A stretch of DNA of 57,069 nucleotides from an uncultured Actinomycetes bacterium (GTDB taxonomy: Bacteria; Actinomycetota; Actinomycetes; S36-B12): positions 1 through 57,069 of the forward strand of contig CAIKZY010000162.1 of NCBI GenBank assembly GCA_903832025.1, given 5' to 3'. Positions 1 to 10,109 of this stretch are shown one piece after another. The notes under the pieces were generated by a model. It ran no database searches, was not told where the DNA came from, and saw only the letters and a program-made list of their open reading frames with translations. A program made the position numbers and the translations under genes. Position 1 is the first letter of the stretch; every line of letters starts with the position of its first letter.

Positions 1-147
1 AATCGGGGCATCAGAGGAACGAGCAACCGCGACGACATCGCGGCGGAACTCGATCGGAAATGCTTTCGGCATGACAAACATCCTTCCAGCGAGGACGAAT
101 CCTCACAGGTCAGGAGGCAACCAAACTCGGGGCAGTCCCTTACTAGC
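1..147 (-). mobile_element. Edge of an IS3-family insertion sequence: partial orfA (first 24 codons, minus strand 72..1, continuing off the left edge) plus leader and putative terminal repeat
   Basis: Reverse complement of 1..72 reads MPKAFPIEFRRDVVAVARSSDAPI, a typical IS3-family OrfA N-terminus. GGAAGGA lies 8 nt upstream of the ATG (72..70). Further upstream, GGGACTGCCCCGAGTTTGGTTG resembles IS3/IS150-group terminal repeats. Absent from the ORF track because it is truncated by the window edge. The exact IS end is not determinable. Confidence 0.45.
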
Positions 148-299
148 GTCAACATAGGTGGACAGCATGTCCCCCGATGCCCAGGGGGTGCCCAACCAAC
201 GCAGCACCGGCCCGAATGCAATCAACGAGATGGCACACGTCAGGAGCCCGGTGGCCGCGGCCTCCAGCGTGATTGTCCGACTTGGGCGACTCAGAGGTG

Positions 300-2015
300 T
301 CACGTCACCCACGTTAGACGCGTCAGGCAAGCGTGCCCAATCGGGATATCTGCGTTTGGCCAGCTGAAGTCGTAACACGTCGGGATGCTGGCGTGAGCCT
401 GCGGAGGGAGCTCTGCCCTGAATTGCTCAATGCGGCTCACTGATGGCCCGTACATGGCAATGACCGTCGGCCGAATGGACTCCAACTCGGCCACATCACT
501 TGGAGCGAGATGTTGATCAAGGCCAATGCGATTCTCGCCCCACAACTGCATGCCTGCCACCATGTATAGCTCGCGATCACCACCCACCCAGTTGCCATCC
601 ACCCAGTCCAAGATCTGATCGTCGTCATGGGTGTGGATGAGGAGCCATTGCTCGGTGTTCACCGCTGCGTGCACTTTCGCACTGACCGAGCTACTGCGAA
701 ATGCATTGGAATACGGAGTCTGGAAGTACAGCCCGATGTGGCCTGGACGGGCATTTTGGAGGAGTTGCCCGCCGGCAATCACCAGTGCGCACACCAAGAC
801 CGGGATCGCCGCGCTGCGCAGCAGCCGCGGAACAGACAGCACCATGACGGCCGCGATCGCCAGTGCCGCGGCGATCAGCGATCCCGCTGTTAGGCCAAGC
901 ATGACGGTGCTGAATCCTGCGGTGATCACCGCGATCATTCCCGCCGCGGCGCAGATCCACGTGTCCAGCGTCCACGAACGTTCCCCGATGATCGATGCCA
1001 CCCCGAGAGTCAGCGCGATCATGGTCGCCGGGAACAGCATCGCCTGGTACATCGGCGCCTCGAGTGGGATGCCGCCCATCATCGGGTTGAAGACCAGCAT
1101 GAATGCGATGCTGGAACTGCTGATGGCGAATGCGAATTGAGCCGCGCTGTTGCGCCGGCGTGACCACCAGATGCCGACAACGATGACCAGTACGAGCACC
1201 GGCACCAGCAGGGATATGTCCTGCAGCCAGACCGGTGACTTAGACGCGAAATCGGAGTAGGTGATTCGCGCATTGGACTGCAGATAGACCTGGAACCAAT
1301 TCATCCTGGGAAAGATGAACCGCCCGAGGAGCAGAAAAACCGAGAACGAGACGACTGCACCAAGGACAGCGAAAAGAAAGTGTCGAACTGCCGTTCGTCG
1401 AAGCAGCCGAAGCACCAGCCAGATGGTGCCGGCCAGCAGCATCCCCGGCGGATTGCACATCATCAGCCAGCCCAGGACAGCCCCCGCCCCAAGGGCGCTG
1501 GCAGTGCTGTCCCGAATTGCCAACGCGAGCACGGCCGCAGTTCCTGCCATGACTGCTCCGGTCAGGTACGTATTCCCGAAGTAGCACACGATCACGGTGT
1601 TCAACGAAGCAAAGACCGTCAGCAGGGCAGCGGTCTTGGCGGAGGTGAATCGCCGAAGCAGGAAGTAGATTCCGGCAACCAGCACAAAGACCAGCAGCAT
1701 GCGATAGATCGCGAAGCCAGGCCAGGTACCGAAGGCGGTGGTCAGGCCTCGCAGCGGGGCGATGACGCCCAGCCGTGTCCAGTAGTAACTGGTGAACACC
1801 GCGCGATCGGTGACCGCACTGCCGTACAGCGACAAACTTGCGTAGAACTGTCCATCAAGCAGCGTCCCAGTCCAACGCTGCGTGATTCCTCCACAGAAAG
1901 CGGTGATGACCAATACGGTGAGCCAGTTCGCGACGAGCGGACGCCGAACGACAGAAGTGATCCGTGGGCGTTCGATGATGGTCACGGTGTCCATCTTGGC
2001 GCATGGCGCACGCAC
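300..2015 (-). CDS. Polytopic integral membrane protein with a C-terminal extracytoplasmic domain; candidate GT-C-fold glycosyltransferase
   Basis: 571-aa ORF. More than 10 hydrophobic segments are followed by a roughly 130-aa soluble tail. No specific family motif recognised. The start may be the internal MDTVTII. Confidence 0.55.
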   Translation of the reverse strand: MRAPCAKMDTVTIIERPRITSVVRRPLVANWLTVLVITAFCGGITQRWTGTLLDGQFYASLSLYGSAVTDRAVFTSYYWTRLGVIAPLRGLTTAFGTWPGFAIYRMLLVFVLVAGIYFLLRRFTSAKTAALLTVFASLNTVIVCYFGNTYLTGAVMAGTAAVLALAIRDSTASALGAGAVLGWLMMCNPPGMLLAGTIWLVLRLLRRTAVRHFLFAVLGAVVSFSVFLLLGRFIFPRMNWFQVYLQSNARITYSDFASKSPVWLQDISLLVPVLVLVIVVGIWWSRRRNSAAQFAFAISSSSIAFMLVFNPMMGGIPLEAPMYQAMLFPATMIALTLGVASIIGERSWTLDTWICAAAGMIAVITAGFSTVMLGLTAGSLIAAALAIAAVMVLSVPRLLRSAAIPVLVCALVIAGGQLLQNARPGHIGLYFQTPYSNAFRSSSVSAKVHAAVNTEQWLLIHTHDDDQILDWVDGNWVGGDRELYMVAGMQLWGENRIGLDQHLAPSDVAELESIRPTVIAMYGPSVSRIEQFRAELPPQAHASIPTCYDFSWPNADIPIGHACLTRLTWVT

Positions 2016-2050
2016 TGGCTGGGACCAGATGGGGGCTCATTCACCGCACT

Positions 2051-2078
2051 GGGTCCGTGAACCTGGGTCCGTGAACCT
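2051..2078. repeat. Perfect 14-bp tandem duplication (gggtccgtgaacct x2, partial third copy)
   Basis: Read directly from the sequence in the intergenic gap between 300..2015 and 2112..2723. Confidence 0.9.
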
Positions 2079-2111
2079 GGGCCGTTGGCCTGTGGTGATC
2101 GCGGTGGGCGG

Positions 2112-2723
2112 CTATCGAGCAGTGTTGACGGTCAGATCTGCGGTGGCGAACAGCACTGATGGGCTGAAGGCATTGGTACGCAGTGCGGCGTTGAGGAAAT
2201 CAGCGGTTTGCTGGCTATACACCCGCACCTCAAGACCCTTGGTGATTGCGGTGACCGATCGATTCGATGATTTGGGCTGTGGAGAGGGATCGGTCACGCT
2301 GAACATGTAGACGGTCTTCAGGTCCTTCAGCACGCAGTCCAGCACGTGGGCTTGGGTGTCGATGACCGGGGTCTGGCAGTTCACGAATCGATGATTCGCG
2401 CGATTGGTGAACTGGAATCCGCCCGCGGCGAAGTTCGCCGACCCGTTTTGCGCGATCACGGGCAAGGTCACCGATACGTGGGTCACCGGCGAGTCTGAGT
2501 AGGCCGCCCCGGGAGAGATGCCTGACAGCACGATGTCATTGAAGTCCAGCGTCGATGCAATGCCGTTTGCAGTGATCAGGCTGAATGATCCCTGCGCGGG
2601 AACGGTGTTGGCCGACTGCAGCGAGGCCGAGGTGTCGGCGTGTCCATTCGGGGATCCTGTCAGGACAACCAGGCCCAGGGCTGCCAAGCACGCGGCAGCC
2701 AAGGCTGGGATGCGTACGTGCAT
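2112..2723 (-). CDS. Secreted hypothetical protein
   Basis: N-terminal signal peptide MHVRIPALAAACLAALGLVVLTGSPNGHA. No recognisable domain. Confidence 0.6.
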   Translation of the reverse strand: MHVRIPALAAACLAALGLVVLTGSPNGHADTSASLQSANTVPAQGSFSLITANGIASTLDFNDIVLSGISPGAAYSDSPVTHVSVTLPVIAQNGSANFAAGGFQFTNRANHRFVNCQTPVIDTQAHVLDCVLKDLKTVYMFSVTDPSPQPKSSNRSVTAITKGLEVRVYSQQTADFLNAALRTNAFSPSVLFATADLTVNTAR

Positions 2724-2779
2724 GACTGAGGCCTCTCAGGGAAGTTGGCGCCAGGAGCGCTGTAGGCAATGATACGCGT

Positions 2780-4162
2780 GTGACCACTGGGACGACAATC
2801 CCCAATTTCCTGGCAAGTCAGCTGCGCAGGATTTGCGGGGATGGTCATGTCCTGACTGATCCGGACGTGCGTGCCCCGTTCGAAACCGACTGGACTCGGC
2901 GGTTTCATGGTCGAAGTGCCGCAGTGGTGCGCCCCGGCAATGCTCAGGCAGTCTCTGAGGTGGTCGCGGCGTGCGCGGGAGCCGGAGTCGCGGTCGTTCC
3001 CCAGGGGGGGAACACCGGACTGGTCGGTGGATCGGTGCCGGCGCTGGCATCGGGGGCCCAGGCGGCAGTTATCGTCTCCACTCGGCGACTGACCGGCATT
3101 AAACCGGTCGACCCGCTATCGGGTCAGATCACGGTTCAGGCCGGCGTGACGCTTGCCACGGTGCAGGCATCGGCCAAAGCGGCGGGATGGCTGTACGGGG
3201 TGGACTTGGCGGCGCGCGATTCGGCAACCATCGGCGGCACGGTCGCCACCAATGCCGGCGGCACCAACGTCATCGCCTACGGCATGACCCGGGCCAACCT
3301 GACGGGAATCGAGGCGGTCCTGCCGGATGGGACGGTCATATCCCACCTGCAGGGCCTGCTCAAGGACAACACCGGATATGACCTGACCTCGCTCCTGTGC
3401 GGCTCCGAGGGCACGCTGGGCATCATCACCGCGGTACGCCTGAGGCTGCATCGGCCGCATGCGCCGACCACGGTCGCTCTGATTGGTGTCTCGAATTTCG
3501 GGCAAGCGCTGGAGCTCATGGCTGCCGCCCGTGCCGGTGCGGCACCAGTGATCGCCGCTGAGGTGATCGATGCCGCAGGCATCGAACTCGTGTGCGCAGT
3601 CACTGATGTTCCGCAGCCCCTGACAACCCATCCGCCGCTGGTGGTGTTACTCGAACTTGCGGACGGTGGTGATGGACAGGGTCTGGCGTTCATCAGCGAC
3701 GACCTGGACATGGCTGTGGCTACCGATGTCGCGACAAAGCAGCGCCTGTGGGCATATCGGGAACGCCAGTCCGAGGCGTATGCATCCCTGGGCGTGATCC
3801 ACAAGTTCGATCTATCCATTCCGCTGGCCAACCTTGCGCAGTGTGCCGACGGGTTGCGTCAATTGGTCAGCACGTTCTCTTCGGTCACGCATTTCGGCAT
3901 GTTCGGTCATATTGCCGACGGCAACATGCACATCGAGATTGCCGGTCCCGCACGTGATGATCGCGATGTCGACCACGCCGTCCTGGCGTATGCGACCTCA
4001 TTCGGCGGTTCGATCTCTGCCGAGCATGGCATCGGGCGAGCCAAAGCCGATGAACTGCATCTGTGTCGCAGTGCTGCGGAGATTGGTGCGATGCGTGCCA
4101 TCAAGGACGCATGGGATCCCCGTGGACTGATGCACCCTGGTGTCCTGTTTGCTCAGACCTGA
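2780..4162 (+). CDS. FAD-binding oxidoreductase (GlcD / D-2-hydroxyacid dehydrogenase-like, FAD-linked oxidase family)
   Basis: 460 aa with a GTG start. Has a PCMH-type FAD-binding N-terminal region (AVVRPGNAQAVSEVVAACAGAGVAVVPQGGNTGLVGGSVP) and the C-terminal SAEHGIGRAK motif typical of the family. Confidence 0.85.
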   Translation: MTTGTTIPNFLASQLRRICGDGHVLTDPDVRAPFETDWTRRFHGRSAAVVRPGNAQAVSEVVAACAGAGVAVVPQGGNTGLVGGSVPALASGAQAAVIVSTRRLTGIKPVDPLSGQITVQAGVTLATVQASAKAAGWLYGVDLAARDSATIGGTVATNAGGTNVIAYGMTRANLTGIEAVLPDGTVISHLQGLLKDNTGYDLTSLLCGSEGTLGIITAVRLRLHRPHAPTTVALIGVSNFGQALELMAAARAGAAPVIAAEVIDAAGIELVCAVTDVPQPLTTHPPLVVLLELADGGDGQGLAFISDDLDMAVATDVATKQRLWAYRERQSEAYASLGVIHKFDLSIPLANLAQCADGLRQLVSTFSSVTHFGMFGHIADGNMHIEIAGPARDDRDVDHAVLAYATSFGGSISAEHGIGRAKADELHLCRSAAEIGAMRAIKDAWDPRGLMHPGVLFAQT

Positions 4163-4866
4163 CAGTCGCTTCCCAGAATGAAGTCGGCGACGTCCTGCGC
4201 AGTATGGGCACGATGCGTCGCGGGAAGTGCGTCCAGTTCACCAGGTGGCGCAAACCCCCAGTGCACAGCGATCCAATCAATGCCGTGTGCTTGAGCCGCA
4301 AGAAAGTCCACATCCCGGTCTCCGACCATGACACATCGGTGCCGGCCAGGATCAATGTCCAGCGCCTGGAACAGATGAGCGAGGACCTCAGCCTTGTCCT
4401 GCCGAGAGCCATCAGCTTGAGATCCGGCCACGTATTCGAAATCCTGACGAAGGCCTGCGTGCTCCAGAATGCGTGATGCAGACTCGTGTGGCTTGGCGGT
4501 CGCCAGAATCAATCGCACCTTGCTGTCGGTGAGGGTCGCAATCAACTCGGAAACACCGGGATAGACCTCAAATTCGTACTCGGCATCGTGGAAGTACATC
4601 TGGCAATAGGCAGCAAAGAAGACCTCGATGTCCTTGGGATCTCGTCCGAATGTCTCCACGAGGGACACGTGCAATGGCGGGCCCAAAAATACGGACATCG
4701 CATCGTCCTCAGGTTGTTCCATGCCGATTGCGTCGATGCCATGACGCAGTGAGCGCAAGATCCCTGGCTCTGAATCAATAAGCGTGCCGTCCAAGTCCAG
4801 GAGGACGACGTCGTAACGTGGGGCATCGGCTCTTGATGCAGTTGTGTGGACAGAGTCTGTGCTCAT
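4153..4866 (-). CDS. HAD-IA family hydrolase (phosphoglycolate phosphatase-like)
   Basis: DLDGTLIDS motif I and the VGDRDVD motif. Start chosen at the internal ATG (MSTDSVH); the ORF extends to 4944. Paralog of 7269..7928. Confidence 0.8.
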   Translation of the reverse strand: MSTDSVHTTASRADAPRYDVVLLDLDGTLIDSEPGILRSLRHGIDAIGMEQPEDDAMSVFLGPPLHVSLVETFGRDPKDIEVFFAAYCQMYFHDAEYEFEVYPGVSELIATLTDSKVRLILATAKPHESASRILEHAGLRQDFEYVAGSQADGSRQDKAEVLAHLFQALDIDPGRHRCVMVGDRDVDFLAAQAHGIDWIAVHWGFAPPGELDALPATHRAHTAQDVADFILGSDCQV

Positions 4867-5033
4867 TTGCCACACAGTAGGTGGCCTCAGCCTGAACTCG
4901 ATCAGCAGGTCGAAGTGCCCTGACTGCAGCTCCACCGCATGCACGGTTGACTTCGTGGTCGGGAGCCCTGCGCCCGGTGAAGCATCGCGGTATCAACTCG
5001 AATCAGCAACAGGGATGTACGTCGTCGCCGGAG

Positions 5034-7103
5034 TCAGGATCGAGCAGGAGTCGCGACGTGCGTCAGCGCAGGGATGAAGAGCGGAGCAAGCTTGGCGCTT
5101 TGTGCCACCGACAAGTGACCGAAGTCCCGATACGCCACGATGCCATCGACTGTGGTGCTGCATTGCGCATCTGTGCACATCACGGGCCATGGATCGATGA
5201 GCGTTGCGCCCGTTTGGCCGGCGACCGATCTCAGAACGTCGCGGACTGCTCCTTGCCGGGCCAATGCCGCAGACTCGGGCATGATCTGGGAACAGCCAGA
5301 GGTCAATAACGTCAGCGTGGAGCACGACGTCGGATCGTAGACATACGGCAGTCGCAGACTGGCCTGCTCGAATGGGGTTCCCACTGGATCGAATTGCGGC
5401 ACGGTCTGCATCAAAACGACCTGATTCCCGTGATTTTGCAATTGTCTAATTTGCTGCGTCAACTTGTTCCTGAGGATGCTGAGCTTGGCGGAGGTGTCCG
5501 TGGTTCGCGTTCCGCTCGGGCTTTCCAGGGAGACACTGGGATTTGACCAGTACCAATCGATATCCGAAATGATGACAGTTCCGGCCGGGGCATGAGTCAA
5601 ATAGTCCATGTTGTCGGCGACATACTGCTGGCAGGCTTGCGGCGGCCTGGTAGATCCGGACCATCGGAACTCAGCATCGACAAACGGACAAGCTTGCGTG
5701 GTCGAGATATACAGAGGTCTTCCGGTGCGCTGAGCCGCGAGGAGAAGTCCGTCTCCCAAGTGGTCTGCATTTGAGTCACCGACTACATAAATCGGCCGGC
5801 CGCTGGCTTGCGTATTCCAGCCACAACGCCCCTGCACATCCCTGAGCGATGCCCAGGCGTCGCATCCTCGGAGATCGGCGAGAAACTGTTGCCCTCGCGC
5901 AAGGTCTAGCGATCGGCCAGCCGGTCCGGTTCTCGCGAAGTGGCTGCCGAGCAGCAAAGCAAGCGCCGCCAGGACGGCGGGTACGTAGATCGCAAGGATG
6001 AGTCGACCGAACGAGCGCCCTGACCGCACACGCATGCTTCGTATCGGCTGCTCAAGCCATCGGTAGCTGGCAAGGGCCAGTGGAATCGAGGCGAGCGCCG
6101 CCAGAACTCCGGGTGCAGGCCACCGCGAAATCAGTGGCACGAGAAGAACGATGAGCGGCCAATGCCACAAGTACAGCGAGTACGACCGGTCACCGATGGC
6201 GGTCATCGGGGCACTACCAAGAACCCGACTGAGCGGGGAGGCGCTGGCAGCGGATCCGGACCAGATGACCACTGCCGTACCGAGGACAGGCAGCAACGTC
6301 CATACACCGGGATCGGGCATGCTGTCGGTGATGATCCAGTTCGAGGCAAGCAGGGCGGCCAGGCCAAGACTGCCGACGATCAGCGCTGAGTGCTTGCCGG
6401 CAAGGCGCCACCGTGCACCCAGCAGGGCAAGGGCAGCTCCAACCGCGAACTCCCACGCTCGAGTGACCGGGCTGTAGAAAATCCATTGGGGCGAAAGGTT
6501 CAGATGGAGCCAGGCGCTATCGGCGCCAACGGCTATGAGGAATGAAATTCCAGCAATGCCCACGACGGAGAGCAGGGGAGCACGTCCCAAGCGCCGGGTT
6601 CGTCTGGACAGCCACCAGCAGCCGGCCAGGAGAAATGGGAAAAAGAGGTAAAACTGCTCCTCCACCGACAGTGACCAGGTGTTGAGTAGGGCGTTGGTAC
6701 GTGCTGGTGCATCGAAGTACCCGCCGGTGGTGTGCGCGATAAACACATTCGCGCTCAGCAACAGTGCGGCGAGCCCAGTCTGCGCGGTGTTTTGCGCGGG
6801 TCCGAAAGGCGACAGGAGAAACACCGAGGCCGCTGCCGTCACGGTGATCACCGCTGCGAGCGCAGGCATGAGCCGCTGGAAGCGTCGTCGGTAGAAGGCC
6901 AGGAAATTGATCCGTCCAGAGTTTCGCAACTCACGGTGCAGCAGCTCAGTGATCACGAATCCTGAGATGACAAAGAAGGCATCGACCCCCAGGAAACCGC
7001 CTGGAACGGGAAGGCCTGCGTGATAGACGATGACCATCATGACGGCCAGCGCCCGCAACCCCTGAATGTCAGGACGGAAGTAGCCGGCGTGCTTGCCCGG
7101 CAT
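5034..7103 (-). CDS. Acyltransferase-3 family membrane O-acyltransferase with a C-terminal SGNH-like domain (OafA/YrhL type)
   Basis: N-terminus RPDIQGLRALAVMMVIVYHAG is followed by about 10 TM segments, then a soluble C-terminal domain (YVVGDSNADHLG). Start taken at ATG 7103 (MPGKHAGYF); the ORF extends to 7214. Confidence 0.85.
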   Translation of the reverse strand: MPGKHAGYFRPDIQGLRALAVMMVIVYHAGLPVPGGFLGVDAFFVISGFVITELLHRELRNSGRINFLAFYRRRFQRLMPALAAVITVTAAASVFLLSPFGPAQNTAQTGLAALLLSANVFIAHTTGGYFDAPARTNALLNTWSLSVEEQFYLFFPFLLAGCWWLSRRTRRLGRAPLLSVVGIAGISFLIAVGADSAWLHLNLSPQWIFYSPVTRAWEFAVGAALALLGARWRLAGKHSALIVGSLGLAALLASNWIITDSMPDPGVWTLLPVLGTAVVIWSGSAASASPLSRVLGSAPMTAIGDRSYSLYLWHWPLIVLLVPLISRWPAPGVLAALASIPLALASYRWLEQPIRSMRVRSGRSFGRLILAIYVPAVLAALALLLGSHFARTGPAGRSLDLARGQQFLADLRGCDAWASLRDVQGRCGWNTQASGRPIYVVGDSNADHLGDGLLLAAQRTGRPLYISTTQACPFVDAEFRWSGSTRPPQACQQYVADNMDYLTHAPAGTVIISDIDWYWSNPSVSLESPSGTRTTDTSAKLSILRNKLTQQIRQLQNHGNQVVLMQTVPQFDPVGTPFEQASLRLPYVYDPTSCSTLTLLTSGCSQIMPESAALARQGAVRDVLRSVAGQTGATLIDPWPVMCTDAQCSTTVDGIVAYRDFGHLSVAQSAKLAPLFIPALTHVATPARS

Positions 7104-7268
7104 GTGTCGACCCACCGCAGATGGCGAAGATCCGCTTCCCAGCACGGCACAGACGGTACACCGTGGGCGACTGGTCCCAGCGAGACTGGTCAGAGCGCGA
7201 AAACCTGTCCCCACCGTGTCCCGGCGTGAGGTCAGACCAGTGCGTGCGGTGCTGCAGTTGCCCAGGTC

Positions 7269-7928
7269 CTAGGACGGAAATATCAACGCGCGCAACTCAT
7301 CGGCCGTGCTGACAAGGTAATCGGCGTCCGCGGAAGCCAGTTCGCCGGGCTCTGCGTAGCCCCAGGTAGCGCCCACCGTGCGCAGGCCATGCGCCTTTGC
7401 GCCGGCGATGTCCTCCTTTCGGTCGCCCACCATCATCGCGTGAACATTTGTCAGGTCACGGCCCACATGCTCGATCGCGTAGGCGATGATGCTGGGCTTG
7501 TCCTGGCGTGACAGATCCATTTCAGAACCGGCGATGAAGTCAAAGTGCTGCAGGAGTCCTGCCTGGGTGAGCACGCGTGTTGCCGACGGGATGGGCTTGG
7601 CCGTCGCCAGAGACAAGATCACGTTCGATGCCGCGATGTCCGCAATGAGCTCAGACATTCCCGGGAACACCTCAAACTCGTATTCCCCATCGCCGAAGTA
7701 CACCGATCGATACACCCTGAGGAATTCGGCGACCTGCTCTTCAGTCTTGCCGTGTACCTCCATCAGGGAGTACTTCAGGGGCGGTCCGAGAAAGGCCCGC
7801 AACTGCTCGTCGGTGATATCGCCCAGCCCGACCGATGGCAGGGCAAATCGTAGGCAGCGATAGATCCCGGGATACGAGTCCACAACCGTGCCGTCGAGAT
7901 CAAGGAGTACGACATCGGGGGTGGACAT
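7269..7928 (-). CDS. HAD-IA family hydrolase (paralog of 4153..4866)
   Basis: MSTPDVVLLDLDGTVVDSYPGI and MVGDRKEDI motifs. Alignable by eye along its whole length with the other HAD protein. Confidence 0.85.
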   Translation of the reverse strand: MSTPDVVLLDLDGTVVDSYPGIYRCLRFALPSVGLGDITDEQLRAFLGPPLKYSLMEVHGKTEEQVAEFLRVYRSVYFGDGEYEFEVFPGMSELIADIAASNVILSLATAKPIPSATRVLTQAGLLQHFDFIAGSEMDLSRQDKPSIIAYAIEHVGRDLTNVHAMMVGDRKEDIAGAKAHGLRTVGATWGYAEPGELASADADYLVSTADELRALIFPS

Positions 7929-8117
7929 GAAGTGATCCTGGCAGGTGGTCGCATCACCGCAGCAACACCTTGGTCAGAAGTGGGCGAAGTCACCCTTCTG
8001 TGTGTCATCAAGCCCTCTGCCGGCCCTTGGAAGCCGCTGGTGCATCACGGTTTCCATGCCACGGCGCAGCGGCAAGTGGGTCGCTTGGCTGCATGGTGGG
8101 ATTGGGTATGGCACGGT

Positions 8118-8903
8118 GTGCAGGTGACGATCGTCATTGCCCACCGTGGGGCAAACGAGGAAGAGCCGGAGCACTCCCTTGCGGCCTACTTGCGCGCACT
8201 GCGCATGGGCGTTGACGGGGTGGAATGTGACATCCGCCTGACTGCTGACGGGGTCCTGGTGTGCGTGCACGATCGCCGAATCGACCGTACGAGTTCTGGC
8301 ACTGGCGTAGTCAGCGCCATGACGTTTGAGGAACTGTCCCGCCACGATTACTCCGGTGGGCCAGATCGATGGCGTGACTTTGAATCTCCCATGCATGCCG
8401 ATGAGTTGCGCAGTCAGGTGCTGACATTAGACAAGCTCCTGGAGACGATGATGTCGGAATCGGACACGATTTCCTTTTCGATCGAAACCAAGCATCCGAC
8501 CCGGTACCGACGTCGCGTGGAGCGCGCTCTGGTCGAATGCCTTGCCCGCCACGGGCTGGACCGACCTCATGCCCGTCACCGAGTGCGCATCATGAGTTTC
8601 AGTGCCATGGCGATGAGTTGGGTGGGAAAGAATGCCCCGCAATTCGATTCGGTGTTCCTGGTCGATCTTGTTCCGCCCCGATTTCGCGACGGATCCCTGC
8701 CTTATGGGGTCAACGGCGCTGGAATCTCGATCAGGTCGCTGCGCAAGCACCCCGGCTATGCGACCAAGGTCCATGCGGCGGGCGGATTCCTGCACTGCTG
8801 GACCGTCAACACCGTTGCCGACGTGGAGTACTGCCTATCGCTGGGCGTTGACGGAATCATCTCCGATCGCCCGGACATGGTGCTGGAAGTGCTCGGTCGC
8901 TGA
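8118..8903 (+). CDS. Glycerophosphodiester phosphodiesterase (GDPD family, UgpQ/GlpQ-like)
   Basis: VIAHRGANEEEPEHSLAAYLRALRMGVDGVECDIRLTADGVLVCVHD is the canonical GDPD N-terminus. The ORF is open from 7932, but the domain starts near the GTGs at 8118 and 8124, so the start is uncertain. Confidence 0.8.
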   Translation: MQVTIVIAHRGANEEEPEHSLAAYLRALRMGVDGVECDIRLTADGVLVCVHDRRIDRTSSGTGVVSAMTFEELSRHDYSGGPDRWRDFESPMHADELRSQVLTLDKLLETMMSESDTISFSIETKHPTRYRRRVERALVECLARHGLDRPHARHRVRIMSFSAMAMSWVGKNAPQFDSVFLVDLVPPRFRDGSLPYGVNGAGISIRSLRKHPGYATKVHAAGGFLHCWTVNTVADVEYCLSLGVDGIISDRPDMVLEVLGR

Positions 8904-9068
8904 GCTTCTGCACCAGCGGGTGGCACCAGGTGCTGTCCGGTGCATGGAACTCGCGGGGTACTGAGGCGACATCGAAGCTGACGGCAGAGGCGAGTGCTGA
9001 GCCAACCCGGGGTTGAGGTGCCACACCATCGGTGTCCTGCCAATGGGCTCGGGCCTTAGGCTGACGGC

Positions 9069-10007
9069 ATGGGAAAGAAGAAGGCCCCCGTGCCTGCCGC
9101 AGCGATGGCAACCGATGGCGACATCCCCGTGGTGGGAATGCGTGAACCGTGTCCGTGCGGCTCAGGTCGTCGGTACAAGGCGTGCCATGGCAGGGTGATT
9201 GAGGCCACGGATGATGCAAGACCATTCGAGGCGTTTGTCAGCGAAGCCGACCTGGTGGCGTTGAAGGAACTCGTGCCCTCCGCAACAACACCACTGAAAC
9301 TGCTGGCTGATCCGACCCGTGATGTCACGCTGGTGACGGTGCTGCCCATGGCGTACCCGGCACTTGTGCGCGCCGACGGCAAAATTCTGCTTGCCATGCA
9401 GGTCAATACCACCAGCGGCAATGCCTCTCGGGACATGGCCGCGGCGTTGGGCGATGCGCTGTTTGCAGATCCTGGGAATGCGGTGTCACCTTCGCGGGAT
9501 CTGGCGAGCCCAATTCGGCTGCACGACCTCATTGACGCAAGCACCCCACTGGACATCACGGTGCATGACAACTTCGACTTCTGGGTTGAAGGCGCTGTCA
9601 CCGATGAAGTCCGCGAGTCCCTGGAGCGCGCCAGTTCGCACGCGCACCCCACGGCGCGACTGGCCTCAGTCAGTGGTGCGTACTGGACCCGGATAGGAGA
9701 CAAAGAGCACTTGCGCTGGATGACGACCTATCCTGAGGACGCGCTGGTCAATGGCCTGGCTCGACTGCAGGTCGCCGGAGCCGACGATCTTGGTCCCGAA
9801 ACCAAGTACGTCGGAATGTTTCGTGCTCAGGGCCTTGTCGCCCCAGTGTGGGACCTGCAAGTGGGTTTTGGCGCCGATGCCTGCGAAGCGCCGATTGTGG
9901 CCTTCCAGGAGCGGCTTGAGGCGTCGATGGCACAAACGGCCCCGCTGACGGACGCAGAGCGACGTGCTCGGGCCTCGATCAACACCGGTCAAGTCACCCT
10001 TCGCTAA
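9069..10007 (+). CDS. DUF5926-family protein with an N-terminal SEC-C metal-binding motif
   Basis: The CPCGSGRRYKACHG motif near the N-terminus and a 312-aa length match the actinobacterial DUF5926 family as I recall it. Confidence 0.75.
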   Translation: MGKKKAPVPAAAMATDGDIPVVGMREPCPCGSGRRYKACHGRVIEATDDARPFEAFVSEADLVALKELVPSATTPLKLLADPTRDVTLVTVLPMAYPALVRADGKILLAMQVNTTSGNASRDMAAALGDALFADPGNAVSPSRDLASPIRLHDLIDASTPLDITVHDNFDFWVEGAVTDEVRESLERASSHAHPTARLASVSGAYWTRIGDKEHLRWMTTYPEDALVNGLARLQVAGADDLGPETKYVGMFRAQGLVAPVWDLQVGFGADACEAPIVAFQERLEASMAQTAPLTDAERRARASINTGQVTLR

Positions 10008-10109
10008 GGGCCTTCGGGCCGATCCTGATCCCGGTGACCACTGGTCTGACATCCCGGTAGCCCCTGTCGCACTGCAGGGCGAAGTCCCTGATGGGCCAGC
10101 GACTACGAT

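Noticed and set aside
103-378. Small overlapping ORFs at 103..378 (minus) and 158..367 (plus)
   Set aside because: They lie across the putative IS end and the 3' end of the membrane protein gene. No motifs were recognised and they conflict with each other.
2051-2078. 14-bp perfect tandem duplication as a regulatory or phase-variable element
   Set aside because: Only two copies, located in a short intergenic spacer between two same-strand genes. No associated promoter-like or palindromic structure was noticed. It is recorded as a repeat only.
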